Made by a program: the position numbers and the translations under genes. Source: Phoronis australis (lineage: Eukaryota; Animalia; Phoronida). From it: a DNA stretch of 64,000 nucleotides. The stretch is from positions 286,576-350,575 of the forward strand of contig NMRA01000082.1 of assembly GCA_002633005.1 (NCBI GenBank). Direction: 5' to 3'. Below the pieces are notes generated by a model. The model saw only the letters and a program-made list of their open reading frames with translations. It searched no databases and was not told the DNA's origin. Positions 50,996 through 62,886 of this stretch are shown in pieces (the stretch's first letter is position 1; every line of letters begins with the position of its first letter).

Positions 50996-52419
50996 TTAAC
51001 TCGAAACATCTGGAACAAAAGTATGCTTTTGTCAAACATGTCCACTTACAAAGCAACACTAAGGCAACTCCTGCATATGTAATGCTTTGTTAGTAGAAAG
51101 TTCTACGCATATTAAAAATGAAATTAAGAAGTATACTAGGTGAACGGAAGCACCTAGAGTCTACACATTTGTATGTGCCTCCATACCTCTTTTGTTAAGT
51201 CTACATGCGAGTACGGACAGTTGTGGGCAGCAATAATCAGTCTGCGACTCTTCGACTGAACTGAGTGACATTTAGACTAGACAGAAAAATTCAAAGAAGG
51301 CTTCAAGTCCTGACACATCGCTTGTAAGACCATATCCCATTTTTCATACTACAAATTTACATTATTTCTGTCTGCTAAGCGACCTGGGACATTTTGCGAC
51401 ATGCTTTTATTGTAATTTGTTTACTGTAATTTGTACACCTCTAAGTAAGACTAGAAAAACACCAAGGCACATGGCAACAGATTAATGCGCACGTGCTGCC
51501 CTCTTCAGGTAAACATGAACATTCCCACAGGAAGGAAACGGAACTAGCAAATGTACAGAAGCCATTACAAAATCACAACACGCCGCCAACAGAGGCAGTC
51601 TTGCACTTATGTACATTCACACAGAAACAGTACAATACAATCAAGTCACCTGATAAATAAACATCAATTAATGGTATTTATATGTATAAAGTTATAATAT
51701 GTTATGGTTGTCTATGCTCATAATTTAATTACTAATAAATAATACACTAGTCAGTAGGATGTCAGTGTTTATTCCTTCCCACACTTAAACACCTATTTAC
51801 CTAACTACACATAAGTACAGACTTTGTACAGCGTAAAATCGGATGGCACGTAAGCCAAGATTTTCCCATAATTAAAGTGTACAACCCGCGAGGGTCGTTA
51901 AGACACCTCGTTAAAACTGATCAAAGCAGTACCTCACCAGACGTTCAATGAAAGTCATGATCCTACAACACAATACCCCTCAAATCACTTATAACCCACA
52001 ACGCCACGGATGTCTAAAACGAACAGTCAGTCTCTAACAAGAGGAGAATAATCGCCAAAACAGTCATTTTTTTCTTTTCCAAAAGATAAACACATCGCAA
52101 AAATGCTTTAAAACTTACCATGTTTTGTCTGAAAATTGTCACACAACACAAGAAATGTTAAATATGAAACATATCTAGCGCTGCCTTTTGCTTAAAATTG
52201 ATATTATTTTTGACAAAGAGGAAATCTATTTCGCAGTTCCGTGTTCTTAATTGAAGATGTTCACCAATAAAGGGAAGAAATTGAACTCTTATTTGTGACT
52301 CGTAGGATGAACACACTTCACGGTACAAAACTGTGACATCTTTCCAAGTGAATTTTTTTGTGAATGACCTCTACAGATGAGCTCTATGAGAAGCAACACT
52401 GCACAAACCTACAGAGAAC

Positions 52420-53335
52420 CCTCACCAATTTCAAGCAGAAACAAATCTGAATAGATCTCTTTTTCACTTTTCGAAGACTTCAATTATTGTTGTAAATACC
52501 CACAATTTCTGGACACATTATCTGACGGTAATTTCACCATGGACCCTAAAACATTCACTTGTTGCCATTCATATTTTTCGAAAAAATCAAAAAATAAACT
52601 TTCACCTGTCTTCCATATTATGTCCTAAAGAGGTGAGTTTCCACCATATGAAGGGGCAACAATTGAGGCGCATTCGAATGAGTTGGATGTCTAGATGCTA
52701 TGAATTGCAGCTATTCATGATTTATTTAAACTCAAAAAGATTAATGAATATTTGACATTTGTTTAGACCAGCAATAAGCTTATAATTACAAATAATAAAA
52801 AATTGGTTAGACCACTAATGTGATCAGTATGAATATTCAATATTGGTCTGGAACGGCATATTTTAAGAATCATGAATATCAATCGGGGAAGCTTTCTATA
52901 GGGTAGACGAAGAAAATCCAACTTATTCCCTTAAAACTGACAGCCGCCCTTTCCAAAATAATAAGTTCCAGAAAAATGCATTTTTACATCAAAAATCTTT
53001 CACCTTTGTAAAGTGCATTGCTATCATAACAGCAGTGTATGGTACGTAATCTATTGCAGTAACTGTTTACAAAGTCGAGTTCCAAGTGCCTAAATTACAA
53101 TTCGGAAAACGGTAAAATCTCACCAATTCAAACAGAAATTACCAAAATTACCCATTCTTCATGTTTCAAGGTCTAACACTGTTGCGAATGCTCACATTTT
53201 TTCGAACTATTTTCTGACGGTAGTTATGTTACAGAACATAGTAAAGCACTAATTTGACGCTACGTGTCTTTCATGAAAAACAAAATACAACTTCACTTGT
53301 TCATCATATTGTGTCCTAAATTGATGAGATTTTAC
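52420..53335. repeat. Two diverged direct copies of a ~220-bp interspersed repeat (52420-52640 and 53118-53335)
   Basis: Shared ctcaccaatt, tctgacggta, ttcac-tgt and catatt-tgtcctaaa blocks in the same order. Confidence 0.6.
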
Positions 53336-55871
53336 TGTGGCTAACTTAGTTACTATTATCACCTTTTAAAAAATGAAATGTGGAGTGATCGCAAAATTAT
53401 ACCAAAAGGATCTTAATATGCATTGTTGATACATTGGCACGTCTATAAAGGGTTGTGTAAAATATACAAAATGCAAAATTTCATCGCTTTGCCCAGTGTT
53501 ACCTACAACAGGTAAACGGCAATAGCCCCTTACAGGGGTCCTGGACTTTGAAAACCAGTTTGGTGCCTGTCACCCAGTGGAGAATGTGGTTCTCACAATA
53601 CAGGACACCTGTAAATGACTGCACCAGTGAACTATACCAAACAAACCGGGTAGGCGAACGAAAAATGTATGCGCTGAAGTTTCCTCAAATTCGAACAAAA
53701 AATTGTCAGTTTTTGTTGTAATTCAAAGCTCACTGCATAGTTTAAAATGTTTCAAAAATTCATCACGTATTTGTCAAAGAAAGCCACACAATATAAGTTC
53801 TCCAAACAACGAAGTTAAGTTTTCGTCTTGGTTGCTTCTGTTGAAAATTTTCATAGCTTAAAAGTTTTACTTCCTATTGATATTATATTTATTCTATTTA
53901 ACTGGTACAAACTGATTGATGAGCAGTTTTGACCCATATCACTACCTTTAACCACGGAATCGGCTAGTTCAATGCGTCTCTCAACAGAGGGGGCTCTGTG
54001 GTGACTTGTCGGGCATTGAAGACAAACAACATGGATTACAACAAAAAACATTAGTAACAATTAGTAACATCAACCTACTGGCCAGGTTTCCAATAACAGT
54101 TCATTTCAAAAAAATGTTCCAAGAATTACATTAATTCATTTTTGAGAAAAAAAAAATTTAATGCAAATTTAGAAGGCTTAATTTTCAAAACATCTTCATC
54201 AACCTATAGACACTGTTGGGCCAAACAACAGTAAACATAAAATTGCTACAAAGACACCGTCTTTAAATAAAATTACTTTTGATTTAGACTGCTTACTAGT
54301 AACCTGGCTGGAACGTGTCCCCTACCTAACACCGGAGATGATTTCTAGGCTTATTACTCAACACAAAGCTCAATGAGTCGGCTCAAACCAGTGGAGCATT
54401 TTACAGTCTAAGTATGGAGCTGAAGGACAACGAAGCAATAGTTCTTCTTAACTGAAACCAGGAAATCACTTAGCATCTAAGTTAGGAACAAGCTGAAACG
54501 AGTTTTGTAAGCGATGTAAACCAAAAGTTGTTTTTTAGGTAAAGGTGACTGTGTATCATTTTTAAGTCACTGAAATGTTGCCGATTGCTTTGTTGCAAAA
54601 CCAAATATTTGTCGTCTATTAGCGTCATTAGGAACCGTTCATCAACCAGCGACTGACACAGCGCTCAGTGTAAAGGCAACGGACTTATTGCTCAGACAAA
54701 ACATGGCTTTCATAACCAGATCAAAACTGTAGAAAAAAGTTCATAACAAAATCAAACGGGACACAATTTGACTGCATCGTTCCCACAACTGTACAGTGCT
54801 CAAAATAAGCCCATTCGCTGTGGGAAACCACGCAGTACAGTACATGACAATAGAAATCGGACAGAAAACTATTCCTGTCATGAAGAATAATTATGTTGAC
54901 GACAAAAATGACTGGCAGTTACAATTATGGCGACAAAACTCTAATTACAGAATGGAGTTTAGCCAATTTAATTAACACTCATGTTGATTCCCCCTGTTAC
55001 CCATGAGGCTATTCTGAAGAAGAATACCACTTGTGTCAAGCTGTGATCACTTGGAATTCCAGGTCATTTTCTCTCTCAATAATTTTGGCGTGTACTGTCT
55101 GTCCCTTGTATTCAGACTTCCCTGTTTGTAACGCACACAGTAATCTTTCTATTTAGTACACAGCAAAGCAGAAAAGTAGAATCAAAATTCCCGAATTCAT
55201 GTGTCAAGAAGGCCATCATAATGTCTGCAACGTACAATTGTTATACAAAAACACAGGCAGTAAATTTTGTAGCATTTCTCCAATTTGAAGGAAAGGGAAT
55301 AAACGGCAATTACTATTGAGAAAAACAACGGAAGACTTGCCACAGGTTTTCTTAAAGCTACACATACCAGTTGTCGGCGAGTCTCCGTGAAAGATCTCGA
55401 CAAAGATCATTACAGCCACCTCACTTTGTGTCATCGATCAAACTTTGAAATGAACATGCACTAAAAGAATCTATATAAAACGTACTTGCTTTAAACCTCA
55501 GCCAACATGCCGGATAAAAGATCGCAACACCTTTCACCTGTGACTCTGAACACATGTACAGTCAGTAATTTGCTCGTCCACATTGCGTAGTACAATGTGC
55601 CAATTGGTAACTGACCATTTCACAGTTTCTTTAAAATTGTAACTGCGCGTGATCAAGATTTAAGGAGAATAAGTAGAATCTCTTGAAACAAAAATGCTAT
55701 TAAAGCCACGCACGTGACGTGTTAAAACATTCAACCATAGCCAACAACTGACAAGCGACTGCAAAACCTATAATTCACTGCAAATGGCTACTTTCCAAGA
55801 AACTGCAAAAAGGTCAATTAGCATGGCAACTGTGCCAGAGAACTGCAGATTACTGCGTTAGGCAAATGACT

Positions 55872-56379
55872 CTACATCACTTGGTGTGCAAATATATCAT
55901 TGGGATACATTAGCATCTCACTACTGGACGTTGTGTATTTGGCCATGTCATCGTCAATGGTAACGTTCTCCACCATGATGCCATTAGAGGGCAGGTTGAT
56001 CTGGATCTCACCGCCTGCCCCCAGGTTCTGCTGCAGAACGATGCCTTGGGATGAGGCAAGCTCCAGCCCTACACTCTTGGGTGTAGCGTGAAGCGGATGC
56101 TGGTGCTGCACCACGTGGTTGCCACGGTGCTGGTGTTGGTGTGCCAGCATCTCTCCGCCCGTCTGACCACCGGCGGAGATTGTGTTGTACTCGGGCTCCA
56201 TGCTGGCCTGTTGCGCCAGATCCGAGATGCCGCTCTCCTCGATGGCGGCGCTGAGAATGTCTTTGCCTGATGTAGCTGAGCTCTGCACTGTGGTGATTTC
56301 CACATTGTTGAGGCCGTCCGTCTGCACGTAGGCCGGTATCGCCGTGTTGTCGATAGCGATGATGCTGCATCCCTCCTGC

Positions 56380-56414
<35 letters not shown>

Positions 56415-57377
56415 CTGCTGGGCGGCAGCTGCCCGTGCCACTTCCACCGGAACACCATGTCTCCATATCTCCATGGCCGGCATGATACTGGGGCTGGGCG
56501 GTGGACCGAGCCCCGCAAGCAAAGGTCCGCCAATCTGAGGCACAGAAGTCCTAGGGTAGGCCATAGGGTACAGGTGCTCACTACAAGTGGGCATGGCCCA
56601 TCCAACACCAGACCCATGCACAATATGTGGCTGTAGTCCGTTCATAGGATGGCCAGGGATGAAGCCTGGCGTTAAATTCTGCGGATGTCCCATAAGATGA
56701 CTCGCCCGCGGGTCCCCCAAAGCGGGAGGGGGCATGCCAGGGTGCGGCTGCTGGCCGTAAACTGCAGGATGTGGACTCGGAATAGGCTTACTATGCAGAA
56801 AGTCGTGCGTTTTTATCTGTTCCACATATGGCTGCTGCGACTGTTGCTGACTAGGTGCTTGCCCGTAGCTATTCTCTGATAGTTCTGTTTCAACTTTGAC
56901 CTCGCCAGTGCCAGCCGCGTTCCAGTTGCTGACTGGCACTGGAAACACTGGGTCAACAGCAGCAACTGCCATTTCATTGGCTGGACCGGCCTCGGCGATT
57001 GGCACGAACGGTGACATGACCTGAGTGGTCATGCAGCCACTGGCTGGTGTCGTCTGGCTCCACATTGGAGCGCCGTACATTGGAGAGGGCGGCATCGATG
57101 ACGTTGGCGACGACAAACCAAACTCGGAGCTAGTTGATTTCGACAGCTCGCCCTCGCTGAAGCTTGAGTCTAGGCCGCCAACACGTGACAACTCGTGTGC
57201 CGGCTTGCAGCGTAGATACAGACACTTCCTGTACATGCATGACTGCTTTAATACCTGTTTGTTCAGGCAGTATTTACATTTCCCACAATCCTCCTTCACT
57301 TGGCACGGCCCGCACTGACCGCAGCGACTACGTCGCTTTTTCACGTGCTCTTTCGAGTACTTATCATTCATATTCAT
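55872..57377 (-). CDS. CXXC zinc-finger protein (short-linker TET/CXXC4/5-type finger at the N-terminus; Pro/Gln/His-rich tail with polyQ), ~501 aa, single coding exon
   Basis: KKRRSRCGQCGPCQVKEDCGKCKYCLNKQVLKQSCMYRKC has the eight-Cys CXXC pattern; first in-frame ATG at 57377 follows an in-frame TGA; acceptor tgtttcag| at 57478. Confidence 0.88.
56377..56420 (-). repeat. Coding CAG/CAA repeat (polyQ tract)
   Basis: AAAAQQQQQQQQQQQQQQQE in the CXXC ORF. Confidence 0.95.
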
Positions 57378-58819
57378 CGTGTTGGATATCGTGGCGGAAT
57401 CTTGGCTTCCGCGATTGTGCAACCTTCCTTTGTCTCAATGTCCTCTGGCAATACACTGCGGATGAATCAGCCTTCATCCTGAAACAAGTAGAAAGTAATG
57501 AGAAAAATATTGGCGCAAAAGAGAACAATAAAGTTGTCAACAACATGTTCATTTTCAATGAACAAACAGGAGGCTAGAGTTCGAGACAGTTATGTGAACT
57601 TTAGCTTCAACTCAGTCAGATTTCTTCATTAAGGAACCTGAAAATAGCAACCCTACTGTTAGAAAACCGTAATTACAATTCTTATGTAATTTAATTCATT
57701 AAAGGGTTGCAGCAACATACTGGTGATTACAGGAGTGTGTTTCTCTAAGAATCTATATCTAAAGGTTGATTTTTTGTCTTAAGTCTGGTCCAGAGCAGGC
57801 TATGGATTTCAATCTTTTGACTTCTGACTAACAAGATTTGCCAACTTTTAGCCGCAGCCTGATTTTATGAAACAGGCTGCGCCATCTGTAGACTGATTTT
57901 TAGCTGAAAGTCAAAAGGTGTTACCTAGAATTGTTTCCCTTGTAATTACTCAGGCCCAGACATGACAGAGCAGTGTCCCTGCTCGCTATGAGAACAGAAC
58001 TTAGTCAAACCAGTGACTTGAACACATTGCATAATGTATCTACTCAACAGTGCTCAGTGTAAATGTCCATCGGAGAATCCGTTTTCAGCACAACATCAAG
58101 ACAATGTTTAGCTTTGTATAGGTACTTGATCAAGAGAATTTGTGGAGAACGTCCTGGTGCCTGTCTGAAGTTATAGATGTTTTGGTAAAACCTTCTCCAA
58201 TTAAAGACACAGTATGGCCGACGAGAGAAATGTTTCCCTGAATGATAGGTAGCGCCAAATTAATATTTTTCTCATGATGAAGTTCTATTCCATAGGTACA
58301 ACCAGGCAATGTTTTGAAAAACTACGGACATTCACAACATTGCTATAATTCCTTGGAAATGAGAAAAGATCAACTTTAGTCATTATTATTGTCCAAAATT
58401 AGTAAGATTTTAGCATAGTCCGAGTTTCATGAATGGTTATAGTTATATTGAGCGATACTTTAACCGGTAAAAATTCCCCAGTTCAAAGGAAAACGAACTA
58501 AAAATGAAGAGTACCATTAACCCAGACATATCACTTGTGAGCTCCACTACAATCACAGGACACAACAAGTAGTAACTTGCCTAAGTTCACAAACTAAGTA
58601 TTTGCGACCGTCGCAGAATTGAATCAAAACATTCGACAGTTGCCATTTCGTGAACAACATGCACAAGAAAGTGGTCATATTACCTTAAAATTATAGTCAC
58701 ATGATCATGTTTTGACCAGTAATATGTCTAATTAAAAAATAAATAGATAAATCTATTAAGTATAACTAATGGCAACCCCATTAAGAAGATAATGGGGAGT
58801 TTGTTAACTACAAGTGCCA

Positions 58820-58880
58820 CCACTAGAGGGACTGGAATCCAGCAAGGTCTTTGAGATAGAATTCAGCGACCTCTGGTGGT
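58820..58880. promoter_or_regulatory. Pair of oppositely oriented CTCF-like motifs
   Basis: CCACTAGAGGGAC (+, 58820) and ACCACCAGAGGTCGCTG (-, 58864-58880). Confidence 0.45.
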
Positions 58881-58937
58881 TGAACATTAAAGTTAAAACA
58901 GGGGCCTGTTTAATGACGTTGAATTAAAGTTATGTGT

Positions 58938-59150
58938 GACCCTAGAAAATGTCCAAATCTGGCTCACTTGTGAACATCATATTTCAGAAATGGTTGATCA
59001 CATTCATGAGAAATTTTCTGATGCTACATTTGTGTACTTTTTTTCGTAAATCCTTTAAGGAACTGTTTTTAAAAATTTTCCACTTTTTCATGAGGGCTAC
59101 CAAAAAATATCATATTCATGTTATTCATGAAACTCAAAAGTTGCATTAAA
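58938..59150 (-). mobile_element. Interspersed repeat family C, copy 3 (reverse orientation)
   Basis: gaccctagaaaatgtccaaat...gaacatcat...tcagaaatg-ttgatca-attcat is the reverse complement of 31060-31137. Confidence 0.7.
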
Positions 59151-59701
59151 CAAAAGCGAAATATTTTAGAAAACTGTAACGGCATTGTTCAGACATCGTC
59201 TTGAAAATTTATATCAAATAAAATTTGATCGTGTTACTGGTACTCGTTGTTTTGTTATCAATACACCTTTCTTGCTCAATGTCACAAAAAACAAAGTCAC
59301 GTGACCTAATTAACCACAACTTGTTAAAAGTCAAAACTAAAATTCTATGAGCTTTCTACTATTGGAAATATAAACTTTTTAAAGTTAAAATCTATTGTTA
59401 TGTAGATATTTGACTAGTTGATGACCAATAAAGTTCTACAAAACTTTAAGACTTACGACAGAAATTTTGTCTTATGTTCCCATTTAACGATTGCGAAAAA
59501 AGGTTTCGCCAAGTAATTCTGAGAGCGTCACTGTCTAGAAATAATTTATAGAAATCATCTCAGTTACTAGTAGTTATGTGCTCAGAGAGTATGCACTTTT
59601 ACTCAAGTGATATTCTAATATTTGAAAGAAATAAAGTTCTGAAGAGCCCAAGACAAAAAATTTTGACTTAAGTCATAAGTTTTAAGTCACTTTTCATAAA
59701 A

Positions 59702-59876
59702 CAACACTCCTGGGGTGCGTTCTATAGAAAGAAACTCAATAAAAACAAACATCAGACAAGACCACGTACAATCACGCGAATGAAAAGCAACACTCCTGGG
59801 GTGCGTTCTATAGAAAGAAACTCAATGAAAACAAACATCAGACAAGACCACGTACAATCACGCGAATGAAAAGCAA
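59702..59876. repeat. 86-bp near-perfect tandem duplication
   Basis: caacactcctggggtgcgttc... at 59702 and 59788, one mismatch. Confidence 0.95.
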
Positions 59877-59905
59877 GCACTTCCCAAGTATGTTAGAGAT
59901 CTTAC

Positions 59906-60060
59906 TCGCAGACCTTGCTTAGCAAAATGGCCGACATTGAAGTGAAAGGTGAGTGAGAATGGAATGTTAAATTACGCAATAAAATTCACCGCCTCCGTAC
60001 ACGCATGCTCTCAAATTTTTTGACGAGACCACGAAATTGGCCTCCACGTGATTCTACTAG
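59906..60060 (-). promoter_or_regulatory. Candidate first exon and promoter of the CXXC gene
   Basis: Donor cga|gtaaga at 59906/59905; YY1-like CAAAATGGCCG at 59923-59933; CpG-richer stretch with CACGTG near 60045. Confidence 0.5.
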
Positions 60061-60905
60061 ACTTCCCTGGAATGAAACGACATTTAATTTATAGCTTTAA
60101 GTATAAGTTAGAACCAGTTGTTATTTTGTGCACAAAAATAATATGAATGGTCAATGAACCTACTTCAACCCCGTCTCCTGTGCAGCCGAGTCCCACCAAC
60201 TCATCTGGCTTCAAGCAATAACACACCATCAGATCTACTCAAGCCCAGAAATACCATCCGATCTGAGCACAGAACAACTCAGTCAAAGCCTAGTTTCTGT
60301 AACTGGTCGAAATCACAAGTCATTTTTGATTGAAGACAGAACCATAGTCACTGTTCATGACCATCTATTATTTACCAGCCCTGTGGACAAAAATGGGACA
60401 AATTTTGATTGAATCTACGGTAAATATGCATAAGTCCTAGAACAGAGCCAGTTTATCAGAGTGGTTGAATAACACTGTAGAGCCAGTCTCTCTTGTGGAG
60501 AGAACACATGTGATAATCTGGGTCAACGGCACTTTACACTAAAATTAACATCGAGGTCAACACACTGTGAACAACAGCTTGTGCGCTTGTGTGACATGTC
60601 TGGTCAGGGCCTCACCTATCACATTTCCAAGTTGAGTGAGCATCATCCCTTTAACGCAGACAATAATTACACAGAAGCGCCCTTTTAATCACTCAAAGGC
60701 TTGCTACTAATCTCCACAAGTATTGTAACATAGTCTGACATGACATGTTTAGGGCTCTGACTTTGACTCTATTAATCGCTAATTAAAAATGGGAAAACGC
60801 GCATAACTTAACGAACAGCTGCAGTTCACACGGTTTAGCCGGCTAAAACGAACACGGAATATAAGCAGTTTACTCTCATAAAATCAGTCTCATAACATTA
60901 ATTGG

Positions 60906-61071
60906 CAGCGGTGGATTTAGAGGGGGGCCAAGAGGGCCATGCCCACCCTCCTGAAATTTTCCCCGATTCCATTTGGAAGTTCCAGAGTGCGAATGTCCGA
61001 CGGGGAAAAATCCTGGCTAATACTTTAACCTGGCCCCCTCCCCCCTAACTCGAAATCCTGGACCTGCCCCT
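60906..61071. mobile_element. Short GC-rich hAT-like MITE
   Basis: TIR-like cagcggtggatttag / ctggacctgcccct, flanked by taattgg on both sides. Confidence 0.65.
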
Positions 61072-62838
61072 AATTGGTAATTATAAACAGAATCCTATCG
61101 CGATAAGGAATAATATATTTACCGATTTTACGAGAGAAAAAGTCTTAATTTGGTTTTCAAACAGGGTAGCATGTAAATTTAATTCCTACTTAAACCAATA
61201 TTGTAATCACTAGGTCAAGTCAACATTGCGCGTTTCGAGTTAGAAAAAAATGCGTCCACAAGGAAACATGTCCCAGTGCCACTTGTTTCAGGAGCAAGAT
61301 TACCGTGTGAACATAAGTTAAGCTGGTGCAACTTGACACTAATATGAAAAACAGTGCTGCCTGTTTCATGGTAGGGGAAGTAACTCCCAATCAACTTGTC
61401 CCAGCACAGACAGAAGTGGCATCAAGGCGGGTGTAATTATCAACGTCATGCTTATGCTGAATAGCTCAATACAGCTCTTTTACTACCGTGATACATGAGC
61501 AGACTCTGTTCACACCAAGCCACTGGCAGCAGGTTTGCCACATGTACAACAAGATGGTTACCCCTCCCATAAATTGCATTAATAAATGGGAACTGCCTAC
61601 CTAGTCATCAATTAAATACAACACATGACAGAATGCTTCACTCAATTACCAATCAATGAAATCTAGCTGGCCCGCATGGTAATCTTAAAAGGACAGCGCT
61701 ACTCATCATTAAAAAGTTCTTGAATGTTTTCCTGTCAGATACGGGAAGTTTTTAAGATGGCACCACTACATGTGTATATCAGTAAAGTATTAGTTCTTTT
61801 ATTGTTCTGGATTATACCACTGTGTGAATGAGGCAAGCGAAAGTGGCTCAGACAATTGTCATGCCGTAGCACCCCAAAACGCCTGAAAGTTTTCAGCAAA
61901 TTATGTCTCATACTGGCTAAACCGTCAAGGACTCGTTTCTAGAAGAACCTTTTGAGCAAAGGACAGTTTTAGAGGCCGTCAATGTCTTTAAATCCTTTCA
62001 ACTCAAACAAATACCCTAGCAGAGATTTCTTTCCACTATGTCTCTTCATTCATCGACAATGCCAGGACAAGACCCTCACATCCATGTACGAGAGGTGGGA
62101 CCTTGGCAGCCAAGCTTCAAGCGCTAGCAAACACTGGATAACACCAATGTAGTGCACTAGTGATTAGCTCGCTCTTGAGGTCATTGAGGCCGACTTTGAT
62201 GTGCTTAAAAATTATAAGCTATAGACATGTGTTGTGATGAAATCAAAACAAAAATAGCTCAGTTGACAATTATGTTAATAGAATGAAGGACCATTCATAA
62301 AATTTGTTGATTGCGAGATTATTTGTTCCAGTTCGAAAGATTTCAAGACTCAAACTGCATTCAAACAGGCAGGCTGGATTAGATGTGTTGTCACAGTTAC
62401 TCAAGCTACTAAATACCTTGTTTACATACTCACTCATAAACACTGAAAATTTAAGCAGCAATATGACAGATCTAGTCAAGAGACATCAGAAATGTGACTG
62501 CCGACACTGGTCAACACTAAGCCCTTGCGAAACTAATACCGACATCATCTTCTCGAGGGGTCACATGCCCTTGGATGGTCATGCACCCCTCCTGAATGGT
62601 CACATGCTCCCTTCTGAGTGGTCACGCACTACTGGCATGGTTAATTTTTTCCAGCACATGAATCGGACTCGGCACGGAAAGAAATATTTCTCATGAGTTA
62701 TTAATGTGTGTGTGAGTTAAAAAAGTCCTGATGTTCTAATCTCAACACATGAAGTGAAATGTCTTGAATAGAGAAAAAGTTTTTGACTTTATTTTAATTC
62801 TTGTATGGTTTGGGATCTTTTTCCGTTTAGGCTTCTCA

Positions 62839-62886
62839 TACTTGAAGCACGCAGAGCTGGTGCACAGCATGGGCTAGAGATGGATG
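62839..62886. repeat. 14-bp tandem repeat (agagggcacgggtc) x3+
   Basis: Directly visible. Confidence 0.85.

Larger units (their letters stand above)
57364..59937 (-). other. Putative spliced upstream ORF (59937-59906 + 57478-57364, 48 aa) overlapping the CXXC start out of frame
   Basis: ATG TCG GCC ATT TTG...TGC GA|gtaaga ... cag|G ATG AAG GCT...GAA TGA. Confidence 0.5.

Noticed and set aside
50696-51093. Five repetitive ORFs, or a possible CRISPR-like array
   Set aside because: It is a stop-free 18-bp minisatellite with no unique spacers
52119-52128. cag|acaaaacATG|gtaagt micro-exon as a CCP1 start
   Set aside because: Out of frame with both downstream CCP1 exons, and probably inside the CXXC 3'UTR (AATAAA on - at 51768-51773)
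55872-57377. TET dioxygenase call
   Set aside because: The ORF ends in a stop, and no Cys-rich/DSBH catalytic exons were seen downstream in the window
57378-57422. ORF-track start at TTG 57422
   Set aside because: Non-ATG start from a prokaryote-style caller; the first in-frame ATG is at 57377
55900-57577. Multiple alternative-frame and antisense ORFs (poly-Cys, poly-Ala, poly-Ser)
   Set aside because: By-products of the GC-rich CXXC exon and its CAG repeat
62304-62696. 130-aa plus-strand ORF
   Set aside because: Non-ATG start, no recognisable motif and no convincing splice context
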